Assembly (NCBI GenBank): GCA_002269645.1
Contig: NIVC01000763.1
Location: 1 to 64,000 of the forward strand
Direction: 5' to 3'
Length of the DNA: 64,000 nt
DNA from: Macrostomum lignano
Lineage: Eukaryota
Notes under the pieces: generated by a model
Seen by the model: the letters and a program-made list of their open reading frames with translations, nothing else
Told to the model about the DNA's origin: nothing
Databases searched by the model: none
Shown here: positions 22,701 to 34,724 of the stretch, in pieces
Layout of the letters: every line of letters starts with the position of its first letter
Numbering within the stretch: the stretch's first letter is position 1
Program-made: the position numbers and the translations under genes

Positions 22701-25700
22701 TTGGTGTTCCCGCGTGGCCTGCGTACAATTTGGGGTGGTTGTTGGGGGGGGTTGGTGTTCCCGCGTGGCCTGCGTACAATTTGGGGTGGTTGTTGGGGGG
22801 GGTTGGTGTTCCCGCGTGGCCTGCGTACAATTTGGGGTGGTTGTTGGGGGGGGGTTGGTGTTCCCGCGTGGCCTGCGTACAATTTGGGGTGGGTGGTGGG
22901 GTTGGTGTTCCCGCGTGGCCTGCGTACAATTTGGGGTGGGTGGTGGGGTTGGTGTTCCCGCGTGGCCTGCCTACAATTTGGGTGGGTGGCAGGGGGTTGG
23001 GGTTCCCGTGTGGCCTTCGTACAATATGGGTTGGGGTTTTCCGCGTGGCCTGCGTACAATTTGGGGTGGGTAGCGAGGGAGTTTATTCCCGCGTGGCCTA
23101 GGTACAATACGGGGTGGGTAGCGGGGGAATTGCTGACTTGCTCTTGCATCTTGAAAGCAGCTGGAATGCTGCTGCATCCTAATTAAGTTACAAGAGCAGC
23201 ATTTGCGTCTCGAAGCATCTCAACGCAACAGAGTGGGGTAAAAAGCTACGTTGCTCCCGCCGCATGCAGCTGTGGAAATGCTGCTCTTACTGAATGTTGA
23301 ACAGGAGAGGCGTAGTCCAAATGGGTAGGAATACGAGTTCAATTCCTGCAGCAACAACCTGCAGCAACCACACCAAAACGCTTAAAACTGCCACAGCTTA
23401 TTAAAACATAGTATTAAATATTATATTAATCAATTTTCTCCCCCTCCTCAACCTCCGGTTCCCCAGGATGCGGTGGACCGGTTCCAGGAGGCGGAGAGCC
23501 GGGCCCGAGCCGCCCACCGGCTGGAGACTGACGAGCTGCTGCAGGGCCTGGAAGCCCGCGAGCTGGCCGAAGGCCGGCTGAGGCGCCAGCTGGAAGCGGC
23601 CGAAGCTGAGCGGGACGCCGCCCTGGCCGAGCTAAGCGCCAGCCAGTCGACCTCAGTCGAGGAAGTCGAACGACTTCGCGCCGAACTTGCCGAAGCCGAG
23701 GCTGGCCGCTTGGCTGCGGAGTCGACTGTTGGCGAACTGCGCTCTCAGCTGGAGGCCGCCGCTGCCTCGACGGGGACGGCAGCTTCCGGCGCAAAAACTG
23801 GCGAAGGAAAAGTGTTGGCGGAGTCTGGAAAAGTAAGACTTGGCACAAAGTTATTTGCGCTACATATCGGCTATTGTCTACAAAGTTATTTACGCTACAT
23901 ATCGTCTACTGTCTACAAAGTTATTTACGCTACATATCGTCTACTGTCTACAAAATTATTTACGATACATATCGGCCATTGTGTCTATAAAGTTATTTAC
24001 GATACATATCGGCCATTGTGTATATAAAATTATTTACGATACATATCGGCAATTGTATCTATAAGTTATTTACGATACATATCGTCCATTGTGTCTATAA
24101 AGTTATTTACGATACATATCGGCAATTGTATCTATAAGTTATTTGCGATACATATCGGTCATTGTGTATATAAAGTTATTTACGATACATATCGCCTATT
24201 GTCTGTAAAGTTTTCTACGATGCACATAGTCTATTATAAATTCATTCAAGCTAAATATTGTCAGAAAGTAGGGCCTATTGCTTACCAAGGACCGCTAGTA
24301 TTAAAAAAAGTCTTATTCCGAAAAAAGTATGAAAGTTTTTATGAATTGCAACAACGTTCTATGCAACATTTGCATTTTTACAGTGCCATTCAGACGCACT
24401 GGCTTTGCTGTGCCGAATTCAGGTACTCTTATGATTGTATGGCGCAGTGTCTTTCCACCAATTCATGCCACCTAACAAAACCGGTTTTGGGTGCAAATCT
24501 ATGCACAGGAGGAATTGGAATCTTTGTGGTAAATCTTCCACTCGGAAATACGAGGACACACACGCACCTGCTGTAGCTTTCCATTCTCACAAGCTTTTCT
24601 AAGAAAAAAACAATTCAAATTTCTCAATTCAAGGACGCTATCAAGTCTGCGTTATCGACTGAGAACAATGGCTCTCATTGGTTGCACGGCCTGGCTGGTC
24701 AGGTTGACGAACTCAGAACTGCTGCTGTGTAAGTGAAGCCGATTTTATCTATCTGAGTGCCTGTCAGTAAAGTACTTCATGCCCTACTTTTATTGCAGCG
24801 ACGGCAGGCACACCGGGGACAGCGTTAGTGCTGAAGACTATGAAGCAGTCAAGATGTACGCTGCAGATCTGCAGGTGGGCATCTTGCGTTTATTATTGCT
24901 TTAACAGCACCTTTGCTATGTATTTACCTGAATTGGACTGATTGATGGGGATTGGGATTGATGGGAGAATGGGATTGATGGGGGAATGAGATTGATGGGG
25001 ATTGGGATTGATGGGGGGAATGGGATTGATGGAGAGGATGGGATTGATGGGGGGAATGGGATTGAGGGGAGACTGGGATTGATGAGGGGAATGGGTGATG
25101 GGGAGAATGGGATTGATGGGGGAATGGGATTGATGGGTGTTATGACTGAGGCTTTCGGAGGCTGAGGCTAAGGTTGTCGGATTTGCAGCTCGCAGCTGCC
25201 TAGTTACATGTATTTTCGCTCAGTTCTGAGCCGAGCTTTTCGAGCTCTCTTTTTTATATTACTTAACTTTTTAACGCATGCGCATAGTAGTTCAACTTTG
25301 AAAAATAAAGAGCAGCCTGTGCTCAAATTCATATCTATGGCCAAGCCATAGCAATGGGGAATGGGATTGATGGGGGAATGGGATTGATGGGGGGAATGGG
25401 ATTGATGGGGGGGAATGGGATTGATGGGGGAATGGGATTGATGGGGGGAATGGGATTGATGGGGGGAATGGGATTGATGGGGAATAGGATTGATGGGGGG
25501 GAATAGGATTGATGGGGGGAATGGGATTGATGGGGGGAATGGGATTGATGGGGGGGAATGGGATTGATGGGGAAAATGGGATTGATGGGGGAATGGGATT
25601 GATGGGGGGAATGGGATTGATGGGGAAAATGGGATTGATGGGGGGAATGGGATTGATGGGGAAAATGGGATTGATGGGGGGAATGGGATTGATGGGGGGA

Positions 25701-27519
25701 ATGGGATTGATGGGGAAAATGGGATTGATGGGGGGAATGGGATTGATGGGGAAAATGGGATTGATGGGGAAAATAGGATTGATGGGGGATGGGATTGATA
25801 GGGAGAATGGGATTGATGGGGGATGGGATTGATGGGGGAATGGGATTGATGGGGCACTGGAATTGATGGGGAATGGGATTGATGTGGGACTTTGATTTGA
25901 GATCGCGCTACTGCCTGCATACGGAGTCCCTCAATTACCCTCCACCGCACCCGACAGAAGCAGCTGATGAGCGTCAGCTCCGAGCTGTCCGAGCTTCGAA
26001 CCCGCGGCCCCCAGCCGCCGCCCCCGCAGCCGCCAGCGCCGGTAGCCAGCAGCAGGCCCGACCGGCACCATACCCGCGCATTCACCGACATTCCCGAGGT
26101 GGAATACCTGAGAAATGTGCTGTACAAGTACATGCTCGGTGAGAAGACTCAGGTGAGTTTTCTTAGTTTTCATTTCTAACATAATGCTGAATTTAACTAA
26201 TTTAGTAAAACAAAACATTCGCTTCCAGACCTTGGCCAGGGTGATCTGCACGGTGCTGAAGTTCACAGACTACCAAATTCAGCAGATCATGGACCACGAA
26301 GGCAAAAGGGCAGCGGTGAGTGTCGCTGAGAATTGGTTTTGATTGGCTAGATGATCGAATCTCACTCTTTAAAGTCTCACTCTGCATGGTGTCCGATTTA
26401 AAATCTCACTCTGCATGGTGTCCGATTTAAAATCTCACTCTGCATGGTGTCCGATTTCAAAATCTCACTCTGTATGGTGTCTAATTTCAAAATCTCACTC
26501 TGTATGGTGTCCGATTTCAAAATCTCACTCTGTATGGTGTCTGATTTCAAAATCTCACTCTGCATGGTGTCCAATTTCAAAATCTCACTCTGTATGGTGT
26601 CTAATTTCAAAATCTCACTCTGCATGGTGTCCGATTTCAAAATCTCACTCTGTATGGTGTCCGATTTCAAAATCTCACTCTGTATGGTGTCCAATTTCAA
26701 AATCTCACTCTGTATGGTGTCTGATTTCAAAATCTCACTCTGTATGGTGTCCGATTTCAAAATCTCACTCTGTATGGTGTCCGATTTTAAAATCTCACTC
26801 TGTATGGTGTCTAATTTCAAAATTTCATTCTGCATGGTGTCTGATTTCAAAATCTCACTATGGGGTCTGATGTCAAAATCTCACTATGGGGTCTGATTTC
26901 AAAATCTCACTCTGCATGGGGTCTGATGTCAAAATCTCACTATGGGGTCTGATTTCAAAATCTCACTCTGCATGGGGTCTGATGTCAAAATCTCACTATG
27001 GGGTCTGATTTCAAAATCTCACTCTGCATGGGGTCTGATTTCAAAATCTTACTATGCATGGGGTCTGATTTCAAAATCTCACTATGGTGTCTAATTTTAA
27101 AATCTCACTCCATGTGGTATCTGATTTCAAAATCTCACCTTATATGGTGTCCTATTTCAAAATATTATCTTACTACAAACTTATTAATCTCCACAATGTT
27201 TGTACTTTAGCACACATGTCTATATTCGAATGTCTTTATAAAACTTAGGCATTAAATTGAATTGACCACACTGGCACAGAGGTATATTTGATTCACACTC
27301 TACTTAACCCGACAGATGCATGTTCCGTGAAGGTAAACCTAGCCCAAGTCTATGTTTGCATTTAGAATAATTATTTTTTCCGGTGTTTGGGTTGCTTTTG
27401 TTATACCGAATTTGCTTGGTGATTGGTTTATTTTAACAAAAAACTATTGAATTTTACTGATATTTGATGAGCAAATTAACTACCCTTTTCAATTTCAGAA
27501 TTGGCTAGTAACGCCTTGA
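19762..27519 (+). CDS. GOLGA4: GRIP-domain golgin, golgin-245-like, about 702 aa, 10 exons
   Basis: join(19762..20193,20782..21015,21410..21685,22188..22514,23467..23832,24634..24728,24799..24874,25958..26152,26229..26315,27499..27519) = 2109 nt, all GT-AG and phase-consistent. Coiled-coil exons, then C-terminal GRIP FTDIPEVEYLRNVLYKYMLGEKTQTLARVICTVLKFTDYQIQQIMDHEGKRAANW, closest to my recollection of the golgin-245 GRIP. An in-frame upstream acceptor (19734) could extend the N-terminus. Confidence 0.8.
20216..20712. repeat. 23-bp minisatellite, golgin intron 1
   Basis: Unit TTGCATTGTCACTCTTATCT(C/G)AC, about 21 copies. Confidence 0.95.
21055..21361. repeat. 30-bp minisatellite, golgin intron 2
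   Basis: Unit GACCAGCGGCCCTTAAAAGAGGACCCGTAGG-like, about 10 copies. Confidence 0.95.
22520..23130. repeat. About 40-44-bp G/T-rich minisatellite, golgin intron 4
   Basis: Core CCCGCGTGGCCTGCGTACAATTTGGGGTGG with variable G tracts. Confidence 0.93.
23843..24215. repeat. 35-37-bp minisatellite, golgin intron 5
   Basis: Core AAAGTTATTTACGATACATATCGG..ATTGT; GATACATATC recurs at 23964, 24001, 24038. Confidence 0.93.
24940..25890. repeat. About 18-bp G-rich minisatellite in two blocks (24940-25140, 25335-25890), golgin intron 7
   Basis: Unit GGGATTGATGGGGGGAAT. Confidence 0.95.
26355..27165. repeat. 30-bp minisatellite, golgin last intron
   Basis: Unit AAAATCTCACTCTG(C/T)ATGGTGTCCGATTTC. Confidence 0.95.
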
Positions 27520-28274
27520 TTCCGCATTGTGAATTCTGTGCGGCTACCTTCAGTAGTATGTTCTGCAAATGTTGCGTTTTACTTTTAAGTCAATTTACAT
27601 TGATAGAAAAAATCTCGCCATTAAAATAATGTAACCTTACTGTAAAGCGTTGTCTTGATTGTTTATTTTGATGCGTGAATTGCACACGTGCCTTAACTAG
27701 CTGATAATTGTATTGCTATTCAATTCTGTTGAGAGCCTACCTACTACTAGTCTATATATTACTACTGTTGTTGTCATGCCAGCTGTTAATATTGTTCTGT
27801 TGATCTATTGTTGACTCTCATTTTGTGTTCTCAATTCTTTCCTCCCTGTGGTCGGTGCTCGCTTATGTATTAATAATAAATAGAAGTTGTATTATTCATC
27901 TTATTTAATTAATGCATGCCAATTAAAAGCAGAAAAAATGTAAATTTATATCTACTATTAGTAGAGTAGTATGGGGAAATGTTGATTTTTTATTTATATA
28001 AAAGAAAAATTCTGAATGCTGTGTTTAGTTTAGTTACAGGAGTATGTGTTCTATCATTGAATTTCTATAAATAGCGAAGTTAGTGTCCATTACTCATTGA
28101 CAAGTCAAAAACAGATCTTAGAAAAAAACTACGGACCACGGTAGATATGTCACTGGCAAAAAAAGTTTTAAAATATTGTGAAAAACGCAGAACGTCAACT
28201 TATTTTCAGTAGTTAATTAATTAAATTGATTTCCTTCCTCAAGAGCATTGAACAAAAACTTTTAACTCAATGGG

Positions 28275-28960
28275 GGTGGGCAGGCCAGCTCAGCCAATGA
28301 GAGAGCAGTAAGGAGAGAGGTCAAAGTCAGTCGGACGAAACTTTGCCTGGGGGGCAAGGCCAAATCTAGCTCAGCCAATAAGAGAGCAGTAAGGAGGCTC
28401 TTCATATTGCTTGTTCTGGTTCTAGAACCAGAACCAATTTGTAAAGTATAACTTTTTGTCTCCTAAACTAGAGGGATTTTAGTGCTTTAAAATTGTGATT
28501 ATTGGATGGCAATAGCCAAGAAGAAAGTGAAAAATTGTGCAGAGTGAGGCTGTTAAGGCAGTCAAACATTCAACAAAGTTAAAAAGTTATACTGCTTTTT
28601 TTCTTGGAAATCCGAACCGATTCTGGTTCTGGAATCGATTGCCGTGAAGAGCCTCAAGGAGAGAAGTCAAAATCAAGACACAAGCGGGGAGAGAGGAAAG
28701 GAAAGCCAAACTGTTCATCGACCTGGCTGGTGGCTGTGGCGCCACCCTATCTCTTGCTCGCTATGCTCACGCACAGTTGGGTGCAGCTTCAAACAGGGTG
28801 AAGATGCTAGAAGATGCTCTGCTTGAAGAAAGCCAGAGGCAATTGTTGCAGCTTTAAAACTTTAATATATCTGTAAATAATCTTATTTAATTTTACTAAA
28901 TATTTCTATTAAGGCAAAAAGGCTGATTTTGCTACTGAAAAAGAGTAGACGAGTGCAGTT
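28275..28960 (+). repeat. Composite dispersed repeat (81-bp units + unique 3' segment), copy 1
   Basis: Units AGCTCAGCCAATGAGAGAGCAGTAAGGAGAGAGGTCAAAGTC at 28287 and 28368, then GGAAAGCCAAACTGTT..TTTTGCTACT(G/A)AAAAGAGTAGA, all shared with 60470-60930. Confidence 0.8.
28394..28655. mobile_element. PIF/Harbinger-type MITE, 262 bp
   Basis: TIR GAGGCTCTTCA / TGAAGAGCCTC, 3-bp TSD AAG. It interrupts an 81-bp unit whose empty site is visible in the adjacent unit. Confidence 0.85.
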
Positions 28961-29544
28961 TTGCAAGTGACATACAGTTATTCCAATGTGTGGCTAAACC
29001 ATTAGATAAGAGAATGACTGCTTCACCAGTCAGCTTTGTGACAGTAACATAATAGTTGCTATGGCGGCCATATAAAATACTAGAATTATTAAGAGCTGAA
29101 AGTTCCTTCAAACACTGTGGAAGCCTGGAGTGGTGTAACCGTCATCCTAAAATATCTGTTGAGAGTTTATACGCTAATAAAGCCAGAGCATACCTGTACA
29201 TGTTGAACGATATTGCACACAGATTACAGGCGAAGTCAACTTTGATTGTATAATAAAAATTAGAATCTATTAAAATATATGCCAGTAGATATGAATATCT
29301 ATGTAAAAACAGTCTGACTGTACATCTAGATTGACGGGGAAAGCAAATACTTGAAGCAGAAATGTGCAGAAGAAATCGATATCTTTCTAAGAAAGAATCG
29401 ACTTGTCGGACACGTTGATAAAAATCATCAAAACTTTACAAAACAGAATAGAAAAGAGATCGGGATGAAGCATAAGTGCGGGAATATGTAGGCTGCTTCG
29501 TTTTAAAAATGATTATAAGCATGAAAATCTTAGAAAATTAGGTA

Positions 29545-29780
29545 TAAACTGCACGGAATTACACGATTTAGGGGCGATTCTTGAAGTGCGATTTAGGGGC
29601 GATTCTTGAAGGCGATTTAAGGGAGATTTTTGAAGGCGATTCAGGGGCGATTCTAGAAGGCAGTTTAGGGGCGATTCTTCAAGGCGATTTAAGGGAGATT
29701 TTTGAAGGCGATTTGGGGGCGATTCTTCAAGACGATTCAGGGGCGATTTAGGGTCCACGTGGGGGATTCTTGAAGGCGAT
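29545..29780. repeat. About 24-bp minisatellite downstream of EHBP1
   Basis: Unit GGGGCGATTCTTGAAGGCGATTTA. Confidence 0.9.
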
Positions 29781-29878
29781 AGCTTCAAATTGATCAGCAT
29801 GGCTTAGAATGAGTGAAAAAGCAACGAAATCAACAAATTAAAGCGATGCCGGATAGAAACTCCAGGCTAAAAGACTGA

Positions 29879-32800
29879 TTATTGAACGGAGCAAGTCCGG
29901 CCGCTACCGGCCCCGCTGCCCCTGTTCAGCCGCTCCATGGCCTTCCGCTCGATGTCCAAGTCTTTGACAATCTCCCTCTCGTGCAGGTCCATCTCGCGGA
30001 CCACTTCGTCCCGCTTGCGCACAATGTCCATCAGGTCGCGCAGCAGCAGGTCCTCTCGGCGCCGCTCCTCGTCGGTTTTCTGCCAATCCTCTACGCTCAT
30101 GACGCCGCGGAGCTCCAGTTCGAGCATCCGGTAGCGCTTCTCGAGGTCCTGCTCCTGATCCAGCATGTCCAGCTGGCGGGCCCGCCTGATCAGCGCATTC
30201 TTCTTGTTCACCTGGGATTACGTTTGTGAGGATTTGTGAGTTTAATAGGACAAAAATCTCGAATTTGTCATTTAATCTCTGTAATTAGCTTTGAATTTCA
30301 AAATCTCACTCCTATGTAGCTTCAAATTTCAAAATCTCATCCTCTATGTAGCTTTGAATTTAAAAATCTCACTCCTGTGTAGCTTTGAATTTTAAAATCT
30401 CACTCCTATATAGCTTTGAATTTAAAAATCTCACTCCTGTGTAGCTTTGAATTTTAAAATCTCACTCCTATATAGCTTTGAATTTCAAAATCTCACTCCT
30501 GTGTAGCTTTGAATTTTAAAATCTCACTCCTATATAGCTTTGAATTTTAAAATCTCACTCCTATATAGCTTTGAATTTAAAAATCTCACTCCTATATAGC
30601 TTTGAATTTAAAAATCTCACTCCTGTGTAGCTTTGATTTTTAAAATCTCACTCCTATATAGCTTTGAATTTAAAAATCTCACTCCTGTGTAGCTTTGAAT
30701 TTTAAAATCTCACTCCTATATAGCTTTGAATTTCAAAATCTCACTCCTATGTAGCTTTGAATTTCAAAATCTTATCCTCTATGTAGCTTTGAATTTCAAA
30801 ATCTCACTCCTGTGTAGCTTTGAATTTCAAAGTCTCACCCCTATTTAGGTTTGAATTTCAAAATCTCACCCTATGTAGCTTTGAATTTCAAAATCTCACT
30901 CCTGTGTAGCTTTGAATTTCAAAATATCACTCCTATGTAGCTTTAAATTTCAAAATCTCATCCTCTATGTAGCTTTGAATTTCAAAATCTCACTCCTGTG
31001 TAGCTTTGAATTTCAAAGTCTCACCCCTATTTAGGTTTGAATTTCAAAATCTCACCCTATGTAGCTATCTCATCATATCTCACCGTAATCTCACCATATT
31101 GGCACACAATAATATACAGCATCAACCAACCAATTGAAACCACTGGGTCAGCAGGGGCTGCTCCTCGTCCTTGGAGCCGCTGGAGCCGCACAGCACGCCG
31201 CGCAGCCGTTTCTCCAGCACCTCCGCCTGACTGTCGATGTCGCTCTGTTCCGCTTCCAAAGCCAGCCTCTCAGAAGCAACGTAGGCGGAAGTGTCCAGCA
31301 CCCGGTTGAAATTCGACAGCACCGTTGACGACGGCCTGGCCGCGTCCTCATCATTGTCCTCGTCCTCAGCATCCTCCACGGTTTTCTCCTCATCGCCGCT
31401 GAAACCTCTTTTCCTCTCTTCGTCGGCCTTCTTCAGCGAAGCAGCGCCGCTCTTGGCTGCCGATTTGGCGTCGGATTTCAGCTGGAAGTTGGCGCCGCTC
31501 TGCCTTACGGTCGACCCGGCCGACACCTGATCCCGGACGGTGCCGTCAGTGTTGTAGCTGCTCAGCAGGCGGATCTCCTTGGCGGCCCGCGTAGCCAAAT
31601 CGCGGTCGCGTTCCCGGCGCAGCTCTTTGAAACCGCGGCCGGCGCTCGAACTTGTTGGCAAGGCGGCGGGGGTGGCTGTCGACAAACCGGCGGAGTCGGT
31701 TTTCGATTTCGGCATCTGCTGCTGCTGTTGCTGCTTGACCACCTGTCCTGAGGCCTGGTCGACTTGTTTAGCAGTAGTCTGCAGCTTCTTAGCTTCATCA
31801 GTATGGTCCGTATTATCACCATTGCCATCGCTGTGATCAGCATCCTTGTCCTCATCCGGCTGGGCCAGGGTGTAGCTGCTCTCCGACGAGGCCAGACGGG
31901 ACACCAGGCGAATCTCCTGATTAGTGAAATGCGCCCGCAGCTGGTGCAGGAAAGTCATCACCAGCAGCTGGTCCGGGATGGTCTTCATCACCATGTCGGC
32001 CGGGTCCATCACCCTGCAGAGGTTGGGGGCAAAGGTGCAAGCATATCTGGTGGACAGGGGATTCCCGCTTAGGGGGAATCTCATCCTTAATGAACAGGTG
32101 ATCCCCAGCAATGGGGAATCCCTGCAGGGTGGGTAATCCCTGGTTACTGGGATCGCTGGTCTCTATAATAGACAAGCGATTCCCAATCAGGGAGAATCCC
32201 ATCTCTACAATAGACGGGTGATCCCCAATCAAGGAGAATCCCATTTCTATAACGGACAGGTGATTCCCAATCAGGGAGTATCCCATCTCTATAACAGACA
32301 GGTGATTCCAAATCAAGGAGAATCCAATCTCTATAACAGACAGGTGATCCCCAATCAAGGAGAATCCCATTTCTATAACGGACAGGTGATTCCCAATCAG
32401 GGAGTATCCCATCTCTATAACAGACAGGTGATTCCAAATCAAGGAGAATCCCATCTCTATAATAGACGGGCGATCCCCAATCGGGGAGAATCCCATTTTT
32501 ATAAAAGACAGGTAATTCCAATCAGGGAGAATCCCATCTCTATAACAGACAGGTGATCCTAATCAGGGAGAATCTCATCTCTATTAAAAATAGACAGCTT
32601 ACCTCGGCACGCCCAGCTGGTGAGCAGCCTCAAAGGCCCGCCTATTATTCTCGCGCAAGTCGTGCGCTTTCAGCCCGGCGAATTCCAGCAGGTCGGGCCG
32701 GTGGTGATGAATGATGGCGCAGAAGGCCAGGCCGTTACGAAACGATGTCGTGAGATTGTTGACGAATACGCCTCTGTTTCTGTAGCCGGCTGTGACGGAC

Positions 32801-34684
32801 TGGGCCCAGGCGAGCAAATCCTGAGATAGTACATAAGGCGATGGTTACTATGTCCACAGATATTGAAGAGTGAAAGGGGAGTGCTTAGACGAGTAGTGAC
32901 AGGCGCTAGTGGAGCGAGAGGGCTTGATTGGGAGATGCTCGGAAAGGGATTGGGTCGCTAGGAGTGCTCAGAAGAATAGTTAGAAGAGTGCTTAGATAAG
33001 TGCATAAAATCTAGATAGAAAAGTGACAAGACAAACAGATGTCACCTGACTGGCCGCCGAGCCGACCACCTCCGTGGGGGCGGCATGTCCGCCTGTTGTT
33101 GCTGCAAACGGCAAGCTCGGAGAGGCCGGCGACGCGACGAAGGCTGCTTCAGCGGCCGCAGCGACGCCAGAAATCTTGCCCGCGTCGCCGTCGTTAGTCG
33201 GCGTGCCGGTCGGCGATTCGTCGTCAGCAGCAGCAGTGGCAGCCGCGCCGCCGGTTGCCTCGGTGTCGGCGTCGAGGCCGCGAAGGCGCTCGACAAGCCG
33301 GTTGAAGCTGGCGTCGTTGTCGCTGGGTGACGGGACGTCAACTTCGTCGTCAAAGTCGCGCAGGTTGGCGATCTCAGAGCTGCCGCCCGCGCCGGCGCCC
33401 GTCGCCGCTGCGGCGCCGCCTCGTCCAGCGCCGCCGGAGTCTCGCCGGCTGTCATTCAGAGACATCAGAGAGGCGATGGACACCATGTCCTCGTCTTGGG
33501 CGTCTCTCTCTTTGTCGAGCAGCACGGAGTGCAGGGTCAGGGACAGCGTCACTGACGTCACCTGGCAGGTGCATGGGGAAAGCGATGGGCGTGACCAACA
33601 CTGATAGCTGTGTATAAAAATTCACTGAGGATCTGGGAGGCTGGCCCAACAACTGAGGATCTGGGAGGCTGGCCCAACAACTGAGGATCTGGCAGGCTGG
33701 CCCGGCAACTGAGGATCTGGGAGGCTGGCCCAGAAACTGAGGATCTGGGAGGCTGGCCCAACAACTGAGGATCTGGGAGGCTGGCTTAACAACTGAGGAT
33801 CTGGGAGGCTGGCCCAGCAACTGAGGATCTGGGAGGCTGGCCCAACAACTGAGGATCTGGGAGGCTGGCCCAACAACTGAGGATCTGGGAGGCTGGCCCA
33901 ACAACTGAGGATCTGGGAGGCTGGCCCAACAACTGAGGATCTGGGAGGCTGGCCCAACAACTGAGAATCTGGGAGGCTGGCCCAACAACTGAGGATCTGG
34001 GAGGCTGGCCCAGCAACTGAGGATCTGGGAGGCTGGCCCAACAACTGAGGATCTGGGAGGCTGGCCCAACAACTGAGGATCTGGGAGGCTGGCCCAGAAA
34101 CTGAGGATCTGGGAGGCTGGCCCAGAAACTGAGGATCTGGGAGGCGGAGGCTGGCCCAGAAACTGAGGATCTGGGAGGCTGGCCCAGAAACTGAGGATCT
34201 GGGAGGATTTGAAATGAAAAGTCGAAAGGCTAGGAGAGGAGGGCCTCACCTTCTTGCTCCCGGGCTTCAGTTTCACTGTCAGAGGAGTCTGCTTGGCCTC
34301 GCCGTTGCTAACGCACAGCTTCTGCAGATCCACCGGACGCGAAGCGATGGCCTTCCGTCTGCCGTTGGCCATCTGGTCCTCCACCACAAAAGTCCACTCC
34401 TTGCTCTCGTATTCGGCTCGCTTAGGATCGCGATACAGAATAGAAGTGATCTCCACGTTCTCTGGCGGCTCCCAGGACACGCAGCACTGGCGCGGGTTGG
34501 CCAGGCTGGCGGTCCACACGGCCGGGTCCGTGGAGTAGCGCCGGTTCCGCCGGGTCCAGACCACCACCAGGCGGTGCGGCTGGTAGGCGCGGCCGCACTC
34601 CACGGTCAGGCCGTGATAGCAGGCCGTCAGCTGGAATTTCGCGGCCTTCTTGCCGACCCGCTGGAGCCGCTTCCAGACGCTCAT
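29879..34684 (-). CDS. EHBP1: EH domain-binding protein 1 (NT-C2, calponin-homology and bMERB domains), 794 aa
   Basis: complement(join(29879..30211,31131..32013,32603..32820,33046..33561,34250..34684)) = 2385 nt, phases consistent. N-terminus MSVWKRLQRVGKKAAKFQ; CH motif DLLAWAQ..YRNRGVFVNNLTTSFRNGLAFCAIIHHHRPDL..PDQLLVMTFLHQLRAHF; bMERB QWFQLVNKKNALIRR..DLEKRYRMLELELR. Confidence 0.95.
30285..31070. repeat. 29-31-bp minisatellite, EHBP1 last intron
   Basis: Unit AAAATCTCACTCCT(G/A)TGTAGCTTTGAATTTC. Confidence 0.95.
32120..32585. repeat. 42-bp minisatellite, EHBP1 intron 3
   Basis: Unit AATCAAGGAGAATCCCATTTCTATAACGGACAGGTGATTCCC (14-aa periodicity in the spurious ORFs). Confidence 0.95.
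33624..34207. repeat. 28-bp minisatellite, EHBP1 intron 1
   Basis: Unit ACTGAGGATCTGGGAGGCTGGCCCAACA, about 20 copies. Confidence 0.96.
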
Positions 34685-34724
34685 TGTTAGGCCTGCGGGA
34701 TGGACAGATGGACAAGAGCATTGC

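Noticed and set aside
26355-34207. CRISPR-like appearance of 28-42-bp repeat arrays
   Set aside because: Units are head-to-tail with no unique spacers, there are no cas genes, and the context is a eukaryotic intron.
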